This document shows positions 13,241-25,741 of a stretch of 64,000 nt of DNA, piece after piece. Location of the stretch: the NCBI RefSeq assembly GCF_902459465.1, contig NC_047073.1, positions 124,001-188,000 on the forward strand, written 5' to 3'. Source of the DNA: Asterias rubens (Eukaryota). Positions within the stretch are counted from its first letter, which is position 1. Each line of letters starts with the position of its first letter. A program made the position numbers and the translations under genes. The notes under the pieces are model-generated. The model saw only the letters and a program-made list of their open reading frames with translations. It searched no databases and was not told the DNA's origin.

Positions 13241-13609
13241 CAATGTTTGTTCATGGTTTGTATACAATAAGGGGCAAATTAAAACATTAAACTGCAGAGC
13301 AATGTAGCCTTCTTCTGTTTTTATGACATGTCTAAGTGAAGCCAATGAATGTTTTTCACAATAGGACCCCAACTGCCAATACTCTGCTGTGTGGAGAGGC
13401 TGTTATTTTCATTGACTACTTTCAGCAAAAAATTGCCTCTCCATGGTAAACTGTAAAGGGCGCTGTATGGTGAATTCCTCGTATTCACCTTTAATCACCC
13501 TCAGTTTGTAGTGATTTCTACCACTAGGCGAGTCTGGTTGTGCTATATACGGACTAGATGATGATCATCATGATGGTATTCCATGAACTGTAGAGGGCGC
13601 TGTATTGTG

Positions 13610-16600
13610 CTATTTACGGACTAGATGATGATCATCAGGGTGGTATAACTCACTCAGTAATCTGTACACATATGATGGTGCATTACCGCCTCTGTGAATA
13701 GAAGATGAAAATCAATTTTTCATGCTACTAATTATACGCTACTAATTATTTTGAGTAATTACCAATTACCAATAGTGTTAGTGCCTTTAAATACAATTTG
13801 CTTCAATCAAGCGCCATGAGCGCCTGCATTGGCGGATACCGGCGCTATACAAGACTTTGATTATTATTATTATTATTATTATTATTAGTATACATATCTT
13901 GTCAAGCAATGCCATTAATATTAAGTATAACCACTACTCATCAATATTTAAATCATAAAAACATCTATAATCATTTCAATTAAACTTAAGCTTAAGGACT
14001 CAAATGAGCACATTTTTAAGACAAATGGTTATTTATTTGTTATTATGATTATCCAAAAAGGAGTTTTTGTGTATTATTCTAAACTCTTTGAAAACAAATA
14101 TTCATACAAGGTTTTTTTTATATGAGAATGTTATAATGTTTGAAAATATGTCCATGACTTGTAAAACCTAAACTGTACTTAGTAAGGTACAAAAGGAGAG
14201 TTTAAGGATTTTGACTTACATGTTGGATAAATAGAGCGTGACTAATTCTGGTGGGACATAATCAAATACTGGATTATGGATTTGCACCTTGGAGAGAACG
14301 TCACCTTCAGCAAATCTCATCACGTCTTGAGGAGACTCAAATTTATTGAAACCATCCTATCAAGAAAAAGAAGAAAAAATCATAAATACCTCAGACAGTT
14401 TCGCTATTCCTATTGGTGGAGAGCGCATCACGTGGGGGTGTTTAAACGGTTGATAATGACCAGCTGGAGCTCTGTTTATAACCGGTTGTTTTCTGATATT
14501 ACGCGCTAGTCTTGGTGCAAGACGTTTTTTTTGTTATGGGCGATGCGGGCGCTGTTGGTGAGGAACACGAGGAACGTCTCAAGACTAACTAGGCGCACAT
14601 TGCATATCCGCAAACTGTCTCAGTCATAAAAATGCAACCCATGTACACAGCTTATCAATTTAAATTTGTGTTTGTTCGTTTTACAGTACAACTGCCAGAG
14701 ATAGGATACTTTATCTTTGTCTTAAAGGCAGTGGACACTATTGGTAGTTACTCAAAATAATTATTAGCATAAAACCTTTCTTGCTGACGAGTAATGGGGA
14801 AAGGTTGATGGTATAAAACATTGTGAGAAACAGCTCCCTCTGAAGTGCCATAGTTTTGGAGAAAGAAGTAATTTTCCACGAACTTGATTTAGAGACCTCA
14901 AGTTTAGAACTTGAGGTCTCAAAGTCAACCATCTAAACGCACACAACTTCGTGTGACAAGGGTGTTTTCTTCTTTCATTATTATCTCGCAACTTTGATGA
15001 CCGATTGAGCTCAAATTTTCACAGGTTTGTTATTTTATGCATATGTTGAGATACACCAACTGTGAAGGCTAGTCTTTGACAATTACCAATAGTGTCCACT
15101 ACCTTTAACTCTTTGGTGCACAAGGCGGTCGCTAGCGACCACCAAAACACACTCGGATTAACTGTCATAACTTAAAAACCATGACAACCATTCATACTGC
15201 CCTCATTCAATGTTTAGAGCCGCTGTTGATCCTTTCATTTGATGTGATGTTTTACTGGGGGTGTTTTTTGTTTCTTTTTTTGTTAAATTTATCTCTGCAC
15301 CAAAGGTGTAATTAACATAAACTTCATCATGTGACAATTTTGTTTATTACCTGATCAAATGAACACATATGCTGAGGTGATAGTTTATACATTGGAGCAC
15401 ATACAATCAGCTGTAATGAACAAACACAATTTATAAACATGTGTAAGTAATAAAAATTAAAAAAATATCAACCTTGCATTAAATGATTCAATATATTTCA
15501 GTGTCAAATCTTGTAAACAGCAAATGAGGTTATGAAACTGGGGTGTTTAATTAATTAATAGCGGATATCTGCTTTAAATCTGAGATTAACATCCATTTAT
15601 AAAATAAATGAATATTCATGTTGGTGATGTTCATGAATAATTATGTATACTCACAGGCACTGAGTGATGTTTTGCTGCTAGTGCTAGTGCATAACTCCCA
15701 CTCACTGCTTTTAATCTATAACAATTAAATAAATAATAAAAGTATAAATTTACAAATTTCATAGGGTGCCTTTCACCATGAAAGACTTAAGGCCTAACGA
15801 AAGGCTTAAGGCCTAATGAAAGACTTAAGGCCTAATGAAAGACTTAAGGCCTAACGAAAGGCTTAAGGCCTAATGAAAGACTTAAGGCCTAACGAAAGGC
15901 TTAAGGCCTAATGAAAGACTTAAGGCCTAATGAAAGGCTTAAGGCCTAATGAAAGACTTAAGGCCTAACGAAAGGCTTAAGGCCTAATGAAAGACTTAAG
16001 GCCTAACGAAAGGCTTAAGGCCTAATGAAAGACTTAAGGCCTAATGAAAGGCTTAAGGCCTAATGAAAGGCTTAAGGCCTAATGAAAGGCTTAAGGCCTA
16101 ATGAAAGGCTTAAGGCCTAATGAAAGGATTAAGGCCTAATGAAAGGCTTAAGGCCTAATGAAAGGCTTAAGGCCTAATGAAAGGCTTAAGGCCTAATGAA
16201 AGGCTTGAGGACTGAAGTCTTTTAATATTTGAGTAAGAAATTGCCTCTTTCTCAAAAACTATGTTACTTCAGAGGGAGCCGTTTCTCACAATGTTTTATA
16301 CTATCAACAGCTCTCCATTGCTTGTCATACAAAGTGACTTTTTATGCTAACAATTACTTTGAGTAATAACCAATAGTGTTCAAACACTAGGATTAATCCT
16401 AGTTTGGTGAAAAGTTTGGTGAAATTGGCGGCTGTGCCTTTAAAGTCTTGCTGTATTTGATGCTTACCCTCCGTTAGCCATGACTGTATGTGTTCCTATA
16501 ATGACTTTATTAACTCTAGACATAACAGCAAATACTGCAGAATCCGTTATGACTGTCGTCTGAATCTTCTCTTCAGCTAGTCTCGCTGCTAGCTCTTGGC

Positions 16601-19600
16601 CCTTCAGTCAAAAGGAAGAGAGATTGAAAACTTTGATTTAAAATTCAAAGGAAGAATGATTGAAACTTTCATTTTAAAATTCAATCAAATGCATTATTGG
16701 TGTTTCATAACATAAACAGTGACAGTTATAAACAGTAGCCAACATTATTTACAAATCAGACAAATCTTTGAACTGGGCGAAGCCTTGGCTTTTGTACCCT
16801 AACCTATTGACAGACTGGCATGCCGTGTAAGTTCACGACAGATAAGAAAAACTGTGCAATTTTGAGGCATATTTGTGTGGATCATTATATTCTACTTGTA
16901 AAACACCTTTCCAACCATGCATTTCATAACAAATGGTTTCCAATGCTTTTTGAAGACCAATTCGCCAGATCCAAGGCAACAAGTCCCTTTAATGGATAGA
17001 TTAAGGAATGCTTCAACGCTTTAAGATTGTGGAGTGTCTTCACTTACCTGATAAGCAGGGGCTGCCTCTGCAACTATTACATGAAATTTACGCTTTCTGG
17101 CAGCGTTCTGAAACAAAACCAAATCAAACAATATCAACCCTAATCATACAACAATCCCCACATTGCAAAATATAACCGTACTGTAACATTTTACTAAGGG
17201 GCACCTATGCAATGAACAGTGGCATGGAGCCCTTCATGGCAAATCATGTTCCCTGGGAGATGTGGGTTTGGATCACTCCAAAGGGCCATGGAGTCCTTCA
17301 TGGCCCTTTTGAAGACCAATTCGCCAGATCCAAGGCAACAAGTCCCTTTAATGGATAGATTAAGGAATGCTTTTGATCACTCCAAAGGGCCATGGAGTCC
17401 TTCATGGCAAATCATGTTCCCTGGGAGATGTGGGTCTGGATCACTCCAAAGGGCACCAGCTATCTAAAGCTGTCCAGCAGTCCGTCTTTCAACACCTCCT
17501 GAGCAACACCCATCGAACTTGAAAGTTTCTGCACTCTATAAAAGTATTTATTATTATTACTGGAACATTTTACTAAGGGGCATCAAGGCAATGACCAGGG
17601 ACATGAAACCCTGCATTTAAAAATGTGTGTACTGAAACATTTCATGGGGCACCAAGGCAATGGTTATCAATTCCATAACTTTTAAACAATAGAAAGCTTA
17701 TCTTACACATATAAACATTTTTAAATGGTTTGATCGGTTACTTACCAGTAAGAATGCTTGTACTGTGCGTGATTTACCCATAGTCATTATAACTTCATTA
17801 GAATGGATGTGTTCTAATGCTTGCATTGCAATGTTATCAGCACTACTCTCCAGCTCAGTAAACAACTCATTGATGCTTTCAATAACTCGAACCTGTCAAG
17901 AAAAACATCAATCTTATAATGAATAATTATTATATGTTGAGACCTATTAAGAACTGACTCCCTGGTAGTGCAGTTAATATGGATCCTATAAGCTAAAGTA
18001 GTAGTCCCAGCTGATGTTCTATAAGTTCAGCCAGGTAGTTAAAAAGCAGGACAGTTCTTTCAGGTAGTTAAAAAGCAGGACAGTTCTTTTCAGAACTGAG
18101 AAGTCTCAAGAAAAATTTACTCCGCGGTAGTAGAATATAGAGCAGACAGTTCTCTAAAGAACAAACTCTACCTGGTAAGTAGATACACACATGGTGTTAC
18201 TGCAAACTAAATAGATAATATTAATTAAAATCATAACATCAACTTTCTTCATACTGTCACCACTCTGTTCAATATTTTCAATGTCATACCTTGAGATGTG
18301 GGCTTGGCATACTGAAATCATCAGCCTGACCTTCAGCTACTAGCATTTTCTGAAGAAAGAAAAAAACAGAAATTGATTTGCTCTGTTTTAAAATTGATAT
18401 GTGATGGCCCTTAATCAGAATATCAAACTTCATTTTGCTGATGTATCCACCATACACAACTCAACCATTGAGAGATCTTCCTTTGACCACATTGAGGGTA
18501 CTGTTTGAGGCTTACTAATTTATGTCTCATGCTACAAATCCAAGCAATGTTACCAGTATTGTAGCCACGGTGGGCGGTGCCGAGCGGGCCTGCCCAGAAC
18601 TAGCAAAACTTTGCCCAGAACTCACTCTGAGAAAAAGAGCCCAGCACATATTTGCCCCAGATTACACTTCAGCATTGATCGCCCCATATCTAAACATGAA
18701 TCATTTTGTTGAACCGCTCACCCTTGATGGACTAAATTGGATTTAGAGCCCACCACTAAAATTGGTCTAGCTACAACCTTTAATGTTACAGTTCAAATTT
18801 GAGGCCAAGAACAAGAAACAAAGACGGTGTTTGACTTACATGAAGTGATTGCTGCTGGTCTCCCGAGTCTACACTTTGGCCTTTAATGATTCTGAAATAA
18901 TATTACAAATAATACACAAATCAACATTTTAGACAATAACAAATGAGGTAATAGGCTTTCCCCATTAACGAGTATAAACAACAATTATTTCCATCAAAAT
19001 CATCTCTGCTCGTATCCACAAGACAAAATGTTACCTCAAAATGTTGCTACATTTGGACAACATATCAAATCCACAATCATTTTCCAAATCGCTTTTTACA
19101 AATCAGGAGCTATTTTGCTATTTTTTTGCCCGGGTGAACATGACCAGCGCAGTTCCAAAGTTTGCTACCTGGTCATTATGACAATAATTTATATTGGTCA
19201 TTTCTTCTCAGAGGTACATGTAATATACAAATACAATCAATCAAACGTTATTGTCCCTGCATGGGAAATTCCTTTTTCCTTAAAAGTGTTTATTTTCACT
19301 GATGTGAATTTAACAAAAAATTATAGAGTGCTACTGCCAACCACAAATATTTATATAATTCAGACCTAGATAACTAAAGCAACAAATAGTCCTGTAATGT
19401 TGACCCCCTTGCACGCACGTCACATGCGAAGACTGTGCCACGCTCACCATTGTGGTGGTCAATAGGTTAAAAATGCGCATTTCACTGATTAAAGCACAGT
19501 GACATTGCCAACCAAAATGGCACATCCAAGATTATTTTGATGATGACATCAAGTGAAATGGGTCAATAATAAATATAATGTACCATCATCAAGTAGGGTT

Positions 19601-20057
19601 TGTAGTAACACAATCAAATGAGAGACTTACGCAGCAAATTCTTCCCTGATGATCTTAATAACTCTCCTGACCATGTTTCCGACTGCAGACTCTGATGGCT
19701 GGGCATCCATCATACGTAATCCTTCTTGTTTAATACGATTCATTAATTCACCGGCGCTAGCCCAACGTGTCTGAGCGATCACTCGTCGTAATAACGATAG
19801 AGTCTGATGAGCAACATCATACGACCCCTTCACTTTCCTAAAAAGCAAAAACATTTTTAAAGACACTGGACACCTTTGGTAATTGTCAAAGACCAGGCTT
19901 CTCACTTGGTGTATCTCAACATATGCACAAAATAATTAAATGGCGCATTTTGTTGCATTCAACAAAGTTAATGTTAGACACATTGTTAAAAAAAAAAAAC
20001 TTACCCCTTCTTAAGATCGGAGATAAAGACATTAACTCTCTCTGTCAGATCGGTCAT
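13610..20057 (-). CDS. EIF2B2: Translation initiation factor eIF2B subunit beta, complete, 350 aa
   Basis: Minus-strand GT-AG exons 20005-20057 (ATG), 19631-19837, 18840-18891, 18290-18349, 17746-17892, 17048-17107, 16468-16601, 15655-15715, 15351-15410, 14220-14356, 13610-13691 (TAG). Total 1053 nt with all phases compatible. Peptides include [76 protein letters not shown] and [20 protein letters not shown]. Confidence 0.97.
13803..13887 (+). mobile_element. L2/SINE 3' tail with (ATT)n
   Basis: aagcgccatgag..ggataccggcgctatacaag followed by (att)n; same tail as at 11380-11410. Confidence 0.6.
14385..14630. mobile_element. Non-autonomous DNA element, related to 25426-25741
   Basis: About 100 bp are shared in inverted orientation with 25640-25741; ends show partial TIR (cagacagttt..aaactgtct). 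Confidence 0.6.
14726..15104 (-). mobile_element. Kolobok/T2-like MITE, full-length copy in an EIF2B2 intron
   Basis: TTAA|AGGCAGTGGACACTATTGG ... CCAATAGTGTCCACTACCT|TTAA. Confidence 0.85.
15779..16205. repeat. 20-bp minisatellite, about 21 copies
   Basis: Unit gaaag(a/g)cttaaggcctaa(t/c). Confidence 0.95.
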
Positions 20058-20661
20058 TGTGTCACACTAAATCTTGAAGAAGATACTCAAAAATCCTATT
20101 ATCAAAAAGTAAGAAGGATTTCGTCTTAGTAATTATAATAATGTAGGCTTGAGGGAAGTTGAGCTATTGTATTACCTAAGTTCCAAATAATGTAACCTTC
20201 CTCAAGACCTACTGTAAGGGGAGGATGGAAGGTGAACTCTTTGTAGATCCCAGACGTGTGTTTTGTACACAAAGCGCGGATTGGGTATTTTTTCTTTCCA
20301 GGACGAAAGTGTGCAGATAATTCTCCACGTTTGATGTTGTACTGGGAAAAAAATATGCGCACGTTCGGGGACAATCAGCATTTTAAGTGTAATGGTAAAA
20401 CGGAGTAGTTGGGGACTGGATACGGTAAGAGTTAATTATAAGACTAAGATTAAGAATTTATCATTCTTAACAATTTTTTAGATTGCGGATTGGATTTTCT
20501 GTCTTCCCTTCGGACATTGAGTATCAAAGGACACATAGAGCCTAATTTTGGCGAGATTAAACTAAATTAAAAAAAAGAGCGATTTGCGATTACAAAATTC
20601 ATTGATCCATGAATTGATTAAACCATCATCGTTATTGTCGTGAGAGATGAAGGAAAAGTTT

Positions 20662-20773
20662 CCGTATGGCGCCACCACTTTTTCATTCGATATGAAATAA
20701 TTAGTATCTAATTTACCTCAATGAGATATACCTTTTTGTAAAAAAGAGTGAAAAAGTGGTGGCGCCATACGGA
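20662..20773. mobile_element. Small hairpin MITE in EIF2B2 intron 1
   Basis: tccgtatggcgccaccacttttt ... aaaaagtggtggcgccatacgga, flanked by aagtt on both sides. Confidence 0.7.
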
Positions 20774-21218
20774 AAGTTATCCGAGATGTACTCCTATGAG
20801 GTTACGCTAGACGATAGTGGACGAAACCGAAATAGTTCCAGGACTACGAGTAGGAAAAAGCCACCATTTCACCCATTCCATTGAAATTGTGTTACTAAAA
20901 AAAGTCAATAGGGCCTAATAATAATACTAATAGCATGGAGCTATAAGCTAATAGTAATTAATATTAATAAAAATAAAGAAAATATAATTTATAAAGCAAA
21001 ATGAAACCAAAAAAAGTAAACTCCGCTTTTGCGTTAATTTAAATAATAGGCCATGCAATGCCTCAAATCTTAATAGGCCTAATTAAAATAAAGCAGTAAC
21101 TTCTTTGGGGAATTTTCTCCAAAATGCAAGAGACTGAAAGTCGGTGTATTTAATTAATTAATTAATTGTTACTTTAATAATGTACAATATTGACGAAAGC
21201 TTTGGTGTCTGTACTCAC

Positions 21219-21290
21219 CTAAATGTCATCTCAACCACTGCTGACTGCACAATCAATCGTTTATGAAGCGAGCCCTCATGTGTTGGCTTT
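21219..21290 (-). other. EIF2B2: Putative 5'UTR exon 1 of EIF2B2 (upper boundary approximate)
   Basis: Strong donor AG|GTGAGT at 21219/21218. The ATG-containing exon has its own acceptor at 20096-20097, so an upstream exon is required. Confidence 0.6.
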
Positions 21291-22060
21291 TATGTAGCGT
21301 GTGCATGGGGCGCCCTCTATTGCTTTTTAAAGTGAATGCTTGATCGCAAATTTGATATAGTTACGCTTTGAGATAAAGCCCATCAGCGTCAAGAAAAGAG
21401 GGACGTACAAGCGCTTTCAAGTGTGTGCGACATTTTTGTGTAGTCTCGGTTCAAGATGAATCTTCAACCGATTGATTTGGTGTGCAATTGCTCTATGGTC
21501 AAACCAAAATAAACTTTTTGTAAATAACACACAATGCATGCAATGACGCAATTTTATTTTGTTCATATGAAAAACCGACGCAGTCAGAGGTGTAGAGAAT
21601 GAAAAACCGAATCCACAAGTCTCCGGCCGGTGACGGGAATCGAAGGTTGGGGGGAGGGGGCATGCAAAGTTGTCTTTGTCCTTTCTCGGGAGGTCACCTC
21701 AGCTCCCCCGTCCGGACAATCGATCGCGAACAATAGTGTTTTGTTATCGTCCCACTCTCTCACACAGTACAAAACGACGTGAGGGCGGAAACAAGTTTAA
21801 GTTTTTTTTTTCAAGCATTCGTTTACGTCACATACATGCCAACAGAAATTGCTGATTCATCATCAAGGCAAACCACAACACCATACCGCACTAAGGTGCT
21901 TACTATTGTCTCCTCTCATTGATCCAATGTCTGGAGTTCTCTGATATCGGACCAATCAGATTGAGTCTTATTTACACTGTTTTATATTAGCGCCAGATCC
22001 ATGTATTTTGTAGGAGGTCGAGTTTGTCGTGTATTTGATTGTACAGCTAGCTATGCTATT
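21290..22060. promoter_or_regulatory. Putative bidirectional promoter shared by EIF2B2 and KEAP1
   Basis: Lies between two oppositely oriented first-exon donors (21218 minus, 22258 plus). Visibly CpG-richer than the flanks. Paired CCAAT boxes at 21924 and 21952 and a CTCF-like GCGCCCTCTATTG at 21310-21322. Confidence 0.65.
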
Positions 22061-22257
22061 CATTGTGCAGCCAAGGTGATACTCTACTAAACTGTGTTGA
22101 AATTGAGGAAATCAAGGTATTACGTTCGCCAAATGTCAAGCAGTTATTTCTCAAGACCTTTCTCTTCTTTGGTAAAATCGTTGGAATGTCCATTCTCAAG
22201 ATCAGACAGAGTTAAAAAGCTCATCGTAATTGTCTTAAAACTTTCAGAAAATATCCG
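22060..22257 (+). other. KEAP1: Putative 5'UTR exon 1 of KEAP1 (start approximate)
   Basis: Strong donor CCG|GTAAGT at 22257/22258 just downstream of the CCAAT boxes. KEAP1 exon 2 has an acceptor at 29801-29802 upstream of its ATG. Confidence 0.55.
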
Positions 22258-22964
22258 GTAAGTAACTAATTCGTCCGCTTCGAATTGTTTATTTACAAAT
22301 AAGCATAAATAATCAATTCAATGTTCTGATATTGATAAAACTGTTTTACTTTTAGTGTTATAGTATTTAAAATAATACACAATTGTTTAGTAGGATGGTA
22401 TGATAATGTCAACTAAGAACTATATTGAGTGTTGTTGTCCCCTTGTACTATTCTAATCTAACTAAAAAAACTAGGCGTAGGAGGGAGGTACATTTTATCA
22501 TTGATGATTCATTTACTTTCCCATCTCATTTCTTGATCCTTCTTCTATTCAATCTTCTAATCTAACCATCCATGGAGCATTTTTAACCTGTCATGAAGAA
22601 ATAAAAACAAGATGTACATGTATGTACCTACACTCTAGAGTCTAATGTACACATCAATCATTAGTACACTACTGACCTGTAAACTAATCAACAACAAGAC
22701 AGTGTGGAACTGTAGGGCTGTAGCCTTTAAAAAAGTTAAGGCCCCATGAACCTGGAATGACACTGACAGTGACTGTCATATTTTACGCATGAGGGGATTT
22801 TATCGTGACAAGTCAAGTGTTACTAACTTAGTTACTAACACAGTAGTAACACTTTAAAGCCTATGCAATGGGATTCTGCTTTTTTTTTTTTTCAGTCTTC
22901 CCAAATCCCAGGCAGTATTTTTGTTATTAAATTTAAATAAATAATGGATTGAGAATGTTGTCTG

Positions 22965-23099
22965 AATAATACCTAGAAGGGTATGCAGGTTCGTTCCGCT
23001 ATCGTCTCTAGAGAGGAAAGCGTAACAAACAATAATACCTAGAAGGGTATGCAGGTTCGTTCCGCTATCGTCTCTAGAGAGGAGGAAAACGTAACAAAC
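22965..23099. repeat. About 66-bp direct duplication
   Basis: aataatacctagaagggtatgcaggttcgttccgctatcgtctctagagagga... twice in tandem. Confidence 0.9.
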
Positions 23100-25261
23100 C
23101 TCATACATAGTTCTAGTAGTAGGTGTATACCATCCTTTCATTCATTCATATAATCAGTCAAAAACTGGCTGCATTAATGTATCATTGGTTCTCCAAGCAA
23201 AGTAACTTCCTGAACTCAGTGAAGCCCATTGGTGGCGCTCTTTTGACCTCCTGTTATATTATGGCTAAACGACTGTCGTTGTCTGAAACACATTAAATGC
23301 CCAGTGACACAGTTATATGTGGGTTTAATATACACTACACGTATGTAGTAAAATCCATACAGTGAGTAATGCGGTGCCCAGATGCTTCAAGAAAAAAAAG
23401 AAACAGAGAACCCCAAATTAAAATTTCTGTCCAAATAAATCTCGGTATGATGATATTCTAGGTTTTGTTTTTGTTTGATCATCCCAGGGGAAGAACTTTG
23501 AGCCATGCCAAAATTATAAAACTCTTCTATTTTTGATATGCACCCAGCCCCTTATCAATAAACCTCACCCCACCCTCCATAAACCTTTCTCGGCATCCAC
23601 TCCAGATATTACAAAGTTCTGTTTTTTTTTATGATTATGAAGTTGACAGTTGAAAGAATTATAATGCGCATTTGGTGAAGCGAAGAGATGTTCGCCACAG
23701 TGGTCTAGCCCCATCTGTCATGATAAATATTGCTTTCTTCTTGAAAACACTGTTAAACCTGACTTGGTTTAAAGCCACTCCCGTGTCCTTTTTAATTCTT
23801 GTTAGCAAAGCTGAATAACCCCTGACATTTATCCAATAATGCAGTCAATACATACAGTACATCTCTCTGGAGAGACACTGTAATTAGGAATTATGTTCCT
23901 AAGCCTACAACTTTCCCTTTAAATCCTTGAGGCTTATGATAACCTGTGCCTAATTAATGAATAGAGATTTTGTGTTGGTGTGATGTGTTGGTCTAACTTT
24001 ACGAAGGGCTAAGCACCAGGAACCCTCCAACTTAGTAATACCCCCCTTCCTTGACGTTAATCTTTTCTGGACTGAATAGGGGAGCGAGGGAGGGGGTTTT
24101 GTCAGGATAGCCATGACTCAGAGTGAGGCTGCATAATATTGGCTGTTCATCCCGATCCGTGGCTGTTACAGGGGTTTTGTGTTGTGGGACTTAAGAGGCA
24201 GCCAACTATTTATAGCAGTTAGAGTGATACCGCTCTGAGATGAACATTTATTGTACACCAATGTACATCCCTTATGTTCTTGTGCACCATGTATCCTTCC
24301 AACATGCCTGTACTATCAAGAGTCCATGTCAAATGTTTTTTCTATTTACAGGGAGTGATAATATTCTTCCTTCATTCAGATTTCCATTCCAATTTGTTGT
24401 GCCTTTGGCTGGGGCTTTATTGCACGGCCCAGCTCTGCCTGTTTTAAACAGCCGATTATGAACTTGTCACTACCATTTTTTTCCCCCTTATTATTGATAG
24501 TGGGTGTGGATGTACGTGCACAGTAACACATTTATCATCAGACTGGACTCGTGTTTACCCAGCCAGGGTTGGGAAAATTGGTCTTTTCATTGTAAGGTTG
24601 AATGGAAGGTCAACGAAGTGGACTTATCTTCCATTTGTACAATTTTCAAGTTAACTTTGAACTTTGTATTCCCAGAATGCGAATTGTATGCCGCTATTGT
24701 GTTGAACACTTACTAACGCCTTTAGTGTGGGTGGTTTGAACTGGTTGGACTGTCAATATGAGTCTAGAGCAGTTGAACAGAAATGGATTCATGGGAAGGC
24801 TGCTATATATCAGTTATCTTGAAACCCTCTTTTCAAAATCATTTTTATCTATATGGAACAATGGTCACTCATCACTTTTGCAATACATCAGAGGCAGTAA
24901 GAAATGCATTACTAATATGGTGTCTGCATAGACCATCTAGACTGTGTTGAGAATGGCTGTTAATAATTATCTCATTGATATGGGTTGGGTTTAGAAATAG
25001 AAGTGGTGCTACTGTGCAGTCTAACTGAACTCTGGAGCACCCCTGCTGGCCTCTCATTTACACAGTTATACAGTACAAGGTACACATTTGTGTAATTTTA
25101 CTATATTACGGTTCATTATGAATTATATTAAATTTTACAAAGACATTTGTAATCGGTTTTGTGTACACATGTTTGGCCTGCATCCCTTGTGAAAGAATCA
25201 GTGACAAACAATATTTCACAAAATTGGTGACCAACATGGAATATGATCATGGGATTAAATT

Positions 25262-25741
25262 TTAAATAAGGGAATAAAGGGGTAGCGACGAGTTCTTCAA
25301 CGACCGTTTAAAGCCGGCAGGGTCGGCGGACGTGTGATAAAGGCTCGCCTTTATCGCACGGCAATGACCCTGCAAGGCTTTAAACGGACGTTTAAGAACG
25401 AGTCACTACTCTTTTATTTCCATTCATAAATGCCCTTTTGTTAAAAAACGTTAAAAAATACAATTATAGACAATTGAAAATTCGAGGTTTGAAAGATTGT
25501 TTTCAAAAACTTTGTGAAGAATCTGTTTGATGCGCGTGGGTTGTGTGTACGCGTGCGCTTAGATTATGCGCTGTTACTATAGCTATGAATTGCCTTCCGC
25601 GTGATAATATTGTGCGCCCGACACGCGGAAGCCAGCTTGTTATAAACAGCTCCAGCTGGTCATTATTGAAGGTTTAAACACCCCCACGTGACGCGCTCTC
25701 CACCAATAGGAGTAGAGAAACTGTCTGGGGTATTTATGAAT
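25262..25741. mobile_element. Foldback hairpin (25262-25425) adjoining a non-autonomous DNA element
   Basis: Long imperfect palindrome centred near 25347 (ccgtttaaagcc..gcagggtc..gtgtgataaagg / cctttatcgcac..gaccctgc..ggctttaaacgg); the right part matches 14385-14480. Confidence 0.65.

Noticed and set aside
15351-18349. Three EIF2B2 exons of exactly 60 nt
   Set aside because: They share no sequence similarity and each aligns to a different part of the protein, so this is treated as coincidence.
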